DNA from: Rebecca billardiae RCC1528
Lineage: Eukaryota > Protista > Haptophyta
DNA length: 64,000 bases
NCBI GenBank assembly: GCA_965240325.2
Contig: OZ251223.1
Location: 4,487,644 to 4,551,643 of the forward strand
Direction: 5' to 3'
The translations under genes were made by a program, and so were the position numbers. Below the pieces are notes generated by a model. It saw only the letters and a program-made list of their open reading frames with translations, was not told the DNA's origin and ran no database searches. Numbering within the stretch: the stretch's first letter is position 1; each line of letters starts with the position of its first letter. Positions 57,935 through 64,000 of this stretch are shown here, piece by piece.

Positions 57935-58678
57935 ATGCCCAAGGCCGCCGCCGCGCCGGAGCCGCCGGCCGCGCCGCGCGCGGCGACGATCCACGACCTC
58001 GTCGCCAACCCCTTCTACGTCGACGAGGCGTCGGCGAGCGAGAGCGAGCGCGCGGCGGGCGCGCGCGACCAGTGGGCGCGCGAGCTGTACGAGCACAACC
58101 TGCGCGAGCTCACGCGCATGATGAACGGCGGCCGCGCGATGTGGTGCGTGCGGCTGAACGCGGTCGGCGCGATCGAGGAGTCCCGGCGCTGCCGAGCGTC
58201 CGACCGCGCCGGGCGCGACTGCTTCACCCTCTTCATCCCGGGGCAGGGCGGCACGCCGCGCTTCGGCCACCCGAACAACCTCAACCCGTCGCAGATGAAC
58301 GTGTACCCGATCATGAAGGCGGACGCGCTCACGATCGCCACGGCGCAGGAGCGCGCGCACACCGCGCAGCGCGACGGGCTGCTCACGCCCGAGGCCGCCG
58401 AGGCCACGCTCGCCGAGCTGCGCGGCCGCTTCGACGCGCTGCCGCCGTCCAAGTCGGCGCTCGACGAGGCCGCGCAGCGCGAGGCGGCGGCCGCCGCCGC
58501 GGCCGAGCGCGAGCGCGAGCGGCGCGAGCTGCAGGCCGCGGACGACGAGATGCCCTCGTTCGAGGGGCTCGTCGCCGCCTTCCGCGACGAGGACGCGGGC
58601 GGCGCGGCCGCCGGCGCCGCGCCGGCGGCCGCGGGCGGCCGCGCCAAGGCGAGGCGGCGCGGGCGCAGGCGCAAGTAA
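57935..58678 (+). CDS. hypothetical protein
   Basis: Clean ATG..TAA frame with strong GC3 bias and a globular-looking core. Divergent from PAF1. Family not recognised. Confidence 0.7.
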   Translation: MPKAAAAPEPPAAPRAATIHDLVANPFYVDEASASESERAAGARDQWARELYEHNLRELTRMMNGGRAMWCVRLNAVGAIEESRRCRASDRAGRDCFTLFIPGQGGTPRFGHPNNLNPSQMNVYPIMKADALTIATAQERAHTAQRDGLLTPEAAEATLAELRGRFDALPPSKSALDEAAQREAAAAAAAERERERRELQAADDEMPSFEGLVAAFRDEDAGGAAAGAAPAAAGGRAKARRRGRRRK

Positions 58679-59859
58679 CTATAGCGTCGCCCGAGTATTA
58701 GAGCGAGCCTGTGGCGTGCATGGCGGGGCGCGGCGTCAGGCCCCTCCTGGGCGCGCCCCAGCGTGTAGATCGGCCGGCCCGGCGCCGCCGGGCACTCGGA
58801 ACCGTGCCACCGTTAGGCGTTAGTCAGTCAGCCTCCGGCTCGGGCATCAGATTGATATAATATATATATATATATATGTCTAACCACTCATCCGCCATGC
58901 CCTGCTCGCTCGAAGCGTCAAGCACGACCGAGAGCTGCATGGTCGTGGCGTGAACTGCGTCTTGGGACAGTCCCACAGTGCAGGATTGGAATTTTCCGTG
59001 ACGCTTCGGACGGTCCGCAGCTCGAGTCAGCGAATCCGGTCTCGGCCGGACAGTGGAACTCGGGTGGAAGCCGCGACTTCGCGGCGGACGGAGCCTCAAA
59101 CGAGCGGTGCCTCGGCTCGCGGCGCGATCTACTCGGCGAAGACCGACGAGGCTGCTCGCGGGCCCGACTATGCGTCGACGCGGGCTGGGGTCGTCTTCCG
59201 CGTGGCGCTGGGCAAGTTCCTCGCCGCCCTGACGGGTGCTCTCCTTTCGCCCTCACGGCGCGCGCGGTGCGTTTCGCGAGCTTCTTGCATGCGCCGCCCG
59301 CGGTTGCGCCCGAGCCTGATGCTTCAGTCGACACGGCAGGTGGCTCGCGCAGGGTGGGATTGTGTGCGGGTGCCGCTGGCGGTGCGTCTCACCCTCCTGA
59401 AATTGTGTGGGAGGCTGTGACATTGCACGCGTACACCCCGCCACGCCCGCGCAAACGCCGCGCCGCGCAGTTGTCTTTGACCTCGAGCGAGCCTGAGGCG
59501 TGGAGGCGACCGACGGCGGGGTGCGACTTGCCCACCGACCCGAGCCGCATCACCCAGCGCAGCCTCGCCCGCGACGACGCTTCGCCTGGCTGCCACTGCT
59601 CAGCCGCGTGCAAGGCGGGCTGGGCGACGTCTTTGCCGAGCGCGGCTGCAGCGCTGAGCGCAGCACGCGAGAGGCTGGAGCGCCATGACGCGGATGGCGG
59701 AGCGGGCTTTGGGCTGGCTGGCATGAGCCGCCAGGCTGTACCGTCCGCGCAGATCGCGCTCGGCCCGGCCGCAGCCCTCCTGAGCGCGCGCCTCAGAGCT
59801 GAGACTGATCACGGACAGGGCGCACAGCACTACTGCAGTGGCTGTGTCGAGCAGCTGCG

Positions 59860-60700
59860 TGTGCTCGAGGCGCGGCGCTCGCACGGGCCACGCGGGCGCA
59901 GCGGGTGCGCGCAGCTGGCGCACGCAGTGCCACGTCCTGCCGCGCCAGTTTGGCTTCCGTCCGCCCCCCCGAGCTCGAGTTCTGCGCGCTTTGCGACGGC
60001 GCGGCCGGCCGCGCCCATCTTCATGCTTGGGCACGCCAGCATGGCCGCCGCCGGGCCTGCTGCGCGCGCCGAAGCTGGAGGGCGGAGGAGGGCGCTGGGC
60101 TGCTCCTACGGCGTGCTGCAGCCCGGGCAGGCTTTTCCGCGGCGCGGCGAGGCCGTCGCGCCTGCTCGCCGCCGTCGAGTCGCCCGTGCTGAGTGACCGT
60201 CGGCCGCATGTGCTCGGCGGCACCGCAGGCAGGCGTCCCATACCAGTGTGCTCGAGCCGCTGCGCGCACCCAAGGCGAGCTGCTCGAGCGGGCTAGGTGG
60301 GCCCACGGAGTGCGCGCAGCTGGCGCACGCAGCCCCGCGTCATGGGGTGTCGGTTTGACGGTCGCCAGCCCCCGTGGGCTCGAGCTCTGTGCGCTTCACC
60401 ACGGAGGTGCCGACGGCGCCCCGCGGCGCGCAACGGCGTGGCAGCATGGCCGCCGCCGGCGCCGCCGCACATGCCGCCGCTTACGGGCAGTCGAGAGCTT
60501 GGGGCAGCACCTACGGCATGCTGCAGCTCGGGCGGGCTCTGCCAGCCTGCTGTGGCGTGATCGCGCATTTTCCAGACCGTCGACTCGCCCGCGCTGCATA
60601 TTTGTTTGCTGCGCGTGCTCGACGGCGCCGCTGCTGCCGCTACGGCCGCGCGTTGCTGCGTCGCGAGCGAGCCCGATGCGAGCTGAACGGCGGCGTGCTC
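59860..60700. repeat. diverged ~400-bp tandem duplication
   Basis: GTGCGCGCAGCTGGCGCACGCAG, GCTCGAG.TCTG.GCGCTT, CAGCATGGCCGCCGCCGG and CCTACGGC.TGCTGCAGC recur at a ~404-bp offset. Confidence 0.7.
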
Positions 60701-62325
60701 ATCGCTGCTGGCGCAGATGGGCGCGTCATGGTGGCCACGCACGATGCTGAGTGCTCGCGCGTGCCAGACGAGGCGCGTGCTCGCGCTGTGGCTCAATGTC
60801 CGGCAGTGCGCGTGGCAGGCCGCAGCTGCTCGACAACAGAACCAGCGGGCAGTGATCGGGCTGCGCGCGCGCAGCTGATGGCGGCGAACGAGCGAGCCCG
60901 CACCGCCGCGCAAGGGCTGGGCGACTGGCGCCGAGGTGGCGCGCACGTCGTCCGCTGCCGTTGGCATCGCGGCGGACGCTTCAAGCTCGTTCGGCCGGCG
61001 TGTTTTCTCCGACGCCCACCTGCGAGCGCTGCCGGCACCGTGCTCGGGCGTCAGTATCGGTGGGCTCGAGCACGCGTGGTGAGGCGCTCGGAGCGGTCGA
61101 CGGCCATGATCGGGCAGCGCACGGTGGGCGCAGGCCACGCGCACGCCAGCGCCCCGCGTGGCGTGGCTTCACGGGGCGCAGCCACCAGGAGACTGTGCTG
61201 CGACGAGCTCGGGCGCGCTCGGGCGCCGCTGCTCTGCATTTTCCCGAAAAATCGGTTTTCGTGCCCTCGACCGGCGGTATGCCGCCGGGGTGGCCGCAGC
61301 TGCGCTCGGAGCAGCGCGCACGGGCACCGCCGTGTGCGCCCGCCCGCTTTCGCCGCCGCCGAGCTCGAGCACAGCGCTGCGCGGGGCTGCGTAATGCCAA
61401 CGGCGCATGATTTTTTGCCCGCGCCGAGCGCGCGTCGGCGCGCGCAGCGCGCTCAGGTGTGGCCTGCTACCAAGGTCTGTGCCACGATTCGACGCGCCTA
61501 TGGTGCGCCGAATTTAGGCGCACCGCTTCAGAATTGTCCGATGATTCGACTAGTGGTGCGGACAACTTAAAACGTCACCCTGATGAGCAGTTTTCCGGCA
61601 CTGTGCCACGATGATGATATCATGATTGGGACACGATCATGTTACATAGGTCGGGATTTTACCAACGAACGACGGGCGCGGGCAGTGCGGAGGCGCAGCT
61701 GCCCGTGGTCGAGAGGGCGCCCGTGAGGTCCGTCAGTCACGGAGGTCGACGGCCGATCTGGCTGACCAGACAGCACGGGTTGCACAGCACCGTTATCCCA
61801 GACAGAGGGTGGGAGGGTGGGCAAACAGTGAACCGCCGCCGCGGAGCTGACGCGGCAGCACGTGAGCTGCTGGACGAGAATGTGATGCCGGACGAGCGAC
61901 GACGCGGCTGCGGTGCGGCGCTGCAGGGCGGAGGCGCTGACAGCAGCAACCTCACCGAGCAGAGGGGACTACCAAAGCAGCGTATACACCTCCTGTGTGC
62001 AGAGCTCACAAGAGTGGTGGCGGAGGAGAGTGTAGCGTGCGGTGTCGTGGGCCCCCTGCTCAGCTCGGCGCCTTGTGTCATGGCGCCCCCGTACCTTGGG
62101 CCGAGCCGCGCCGAGGCCAGAAGAGTCGCCTCGGATGGAAAAGGAATCGCCGAGCAAGTCCTGCAGGCGGTGCCCGGTGCCGACCGGATTGGCTGCCGAA
62201 AAGGGGTCCGACCAGGACTGCGCGCGCTGGGCGGCGGGCGCCTCGGCCGGACAGCTGGTTGATGATGCCAAGCGAGCCGGATCTTGGTGTCGCTCTTAGA
62301 CACTCAGTTATTGTGCCAATAACGC

Positions 62326-62328
<3 letters not shown>

Positions 62329-62414
<86 letters not shown>
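62329..62414. repeat. (AT)n microsatellite
   Basis: About 43 perfect AT units. Confidence 0.97.
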
Positions 62415-62420
<6 letters not shown>

Positions 62421-64000
62421 TACGCTATAATAATGTCAGAACGGTCGCATGACGAGCGCCACGTACCGCCACCGCCGTAGTTATAAGTACTCACGACCGC
62501 GGTATCTGACGATGCTAAACGCGGGCGCTGACAGCAACAGCCAACAGGGCCGCTGGGGGCGCGTACGTCGGCTGAGAGGGCGCCCCGACTACCCAAGTAC
62601 TGTAAGCGCAGTGGTGATGCACGACTCTTGATCAGCAGCATATATATATGCGACGACATCATGATTGATTGTCATCATCCGCGGAGTCGGGCCGAGTCTG
62701 CCATCAGGCATTCAGGCGTCTCAGCGCGGCACGGCAGTCGGCCATCGAGCTGAGCTCCCGCGAGCAGCAGCGCTGCCGCCTTGCTGATGGCGCTTGACGC
62801 TATTGCGCTAACAGTGCTGCAGGCGGGTCACGTCTGAGACGGTCACTCAGTCATTCATACTGTAGTGTCGTATAGCAGTCGTGATAGTTAATCGACGGGT
62901 CGCGGTTTAAGTTTTATTATTAATGGCTGGCGCGGCGGCGGATCCGAGCGACGACGACTACGATGACGACGGGCGTCCGTACTGTCGAGTCGTGCCTTGG
63001 CCGCACCAGCATGCGCATCGTCTAGTCGTCATATAGTCGTCTATAGTCAAGCGGCCATCGCCCGCGCCCGCGCCCGCCGCCGCCATTTTAGTCCGCGCAT
63101 CGTCATTGCCAGTGCGAGTGTCCTGCGCCCACGCGGCAGCTGCTGCGCGCGGCTTCTGCCTCACCGGCTGGCGAGGTGCTCGGAACTGCGCTGCGCAGCA
63201 CGCGGCGGTCAAGCCGAGCGCGACGAGTGGAGCCCCGCGGGCGGCTACGAGGGCGCACACGACTACCGCGAGCCAGGCTCGGGCTGCGGCTGTCTGGAGC
63301 CGTGCGGCGGCTGCGCCGAGCGCGCGCGCGTCGGACCTCGTCGCAGCACACGGCGCCGCGGCCGAGGTCGAGGCGTGACACCCCGCGGCTTGCCCGCGCG
63401 CGCCCGCGCTAGGCTTGGGCTGTCGCGGCCGTGCCGACGCTGCGTCAGGGGCAGTGCGCGCGCGGCCGCCGCCACCTGCCGTTCATCGCGCGCCCGCGCG
63501 GGCGCGACGGCAGCGCGTGGGGCGGTGCAATCCAGCCGAGCGACCACAGCGCATGCTGCTCGGCGGCGCGTGGCGCGAGAGCGTCGCGGCCGTGGCTGGC
63601 GTAACGCACCAGCCCAGCCTGCCCCCGCCCCCGCGCCCCCATCTCCCACCTCGTCCGAGCTGCCTCCAGCGCGCGCCATCACGGCCGTGAGCGGCCGATG
63701 CGCAGCTGCTGGGTGCCGCTGCTCGTCCGCGCGCCTCACAGGCAAGGAACGGCCACCCCTTGCCGTGGCGCGTGCGCGTGCCGGTCGGTACGAGCCCACT
63801 CGAGCGCGGTCAGCGTGTCGGCGGTGGCGAGCAGGAGCCGCGCAGCCTTTGTGTTGGACGGCCGCGCGCGCGCCGCGGCCGAGCTCTGCGCGCAGACTTG
63901 GCAGCTGCTCGCGCGTTGCTGACGGGCACCACGCACTGCGCGGCGTCGTGCGATGGATCGAGACGCGAGTGCATCCTCCCAGCACGCGCGCTCGACCGCT

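Noticed and set aside
61640-62280. Possible decayed gene on the minus strand
   Set aside because: Interrupted by stops and no recognisable domain.
63100-64000. Gene at the right edge
   Set aside because: No frame with convincing motifs or codon bias; cannot be supported from this window.

Overview
Very GC-rich, intron-containing eukaryotic nuclear DNA. Bipartite plastid leaders on ClpR and CtpA, a selenoprotein and GC-rich introns with GTGCGC...GCGCAG ends point to a haptophyte-like alga (Pavlovales is plausible; this is inference). About 19 protein genes lie in three gene-dense blocks: importin-beta-like HEAT protein, selenoprotein T with an in-frame UGA and a SECIS, SDR, an ARF GTPase with a signal-peptide-like leader, SLC43 transporter, PKG-like kinase, F-box, multi-KH protein, a TM-TIR-TM-C-type-lectin protein, CtpA, PEBP, zf-4CXXC/PHD protein, MYG1, a pseudo-NDK/MTHFR fusion, ClpR, ERG4 and PAF1. 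These are separated by mobile-DNA regions at 13.7-22.1 kb, 27.5-29.1 kb, 32.4-41.4 kb and 58.9-62.4 kb. Those regions hold a head-to-tail trimer of a 2127-bp Helentron-like unit carrying a Ulp1/SENP protease fragment, a decayed solo copy of it, two non-autonomous TIR elements, a long fold-back repeat, a probable Helitron protein fragment, and an OTU protease frame that the ORF track captures only in part. The most notable items are the TIR-lectin receptor-like gene, the NDK-MTHFR fusion, the ubiquitin/SUMO-protease-bearing mobile DNA, the signal-peptide ARF and the selenoprotein. All domain calls are from motif recognition by eye; no searches were run.
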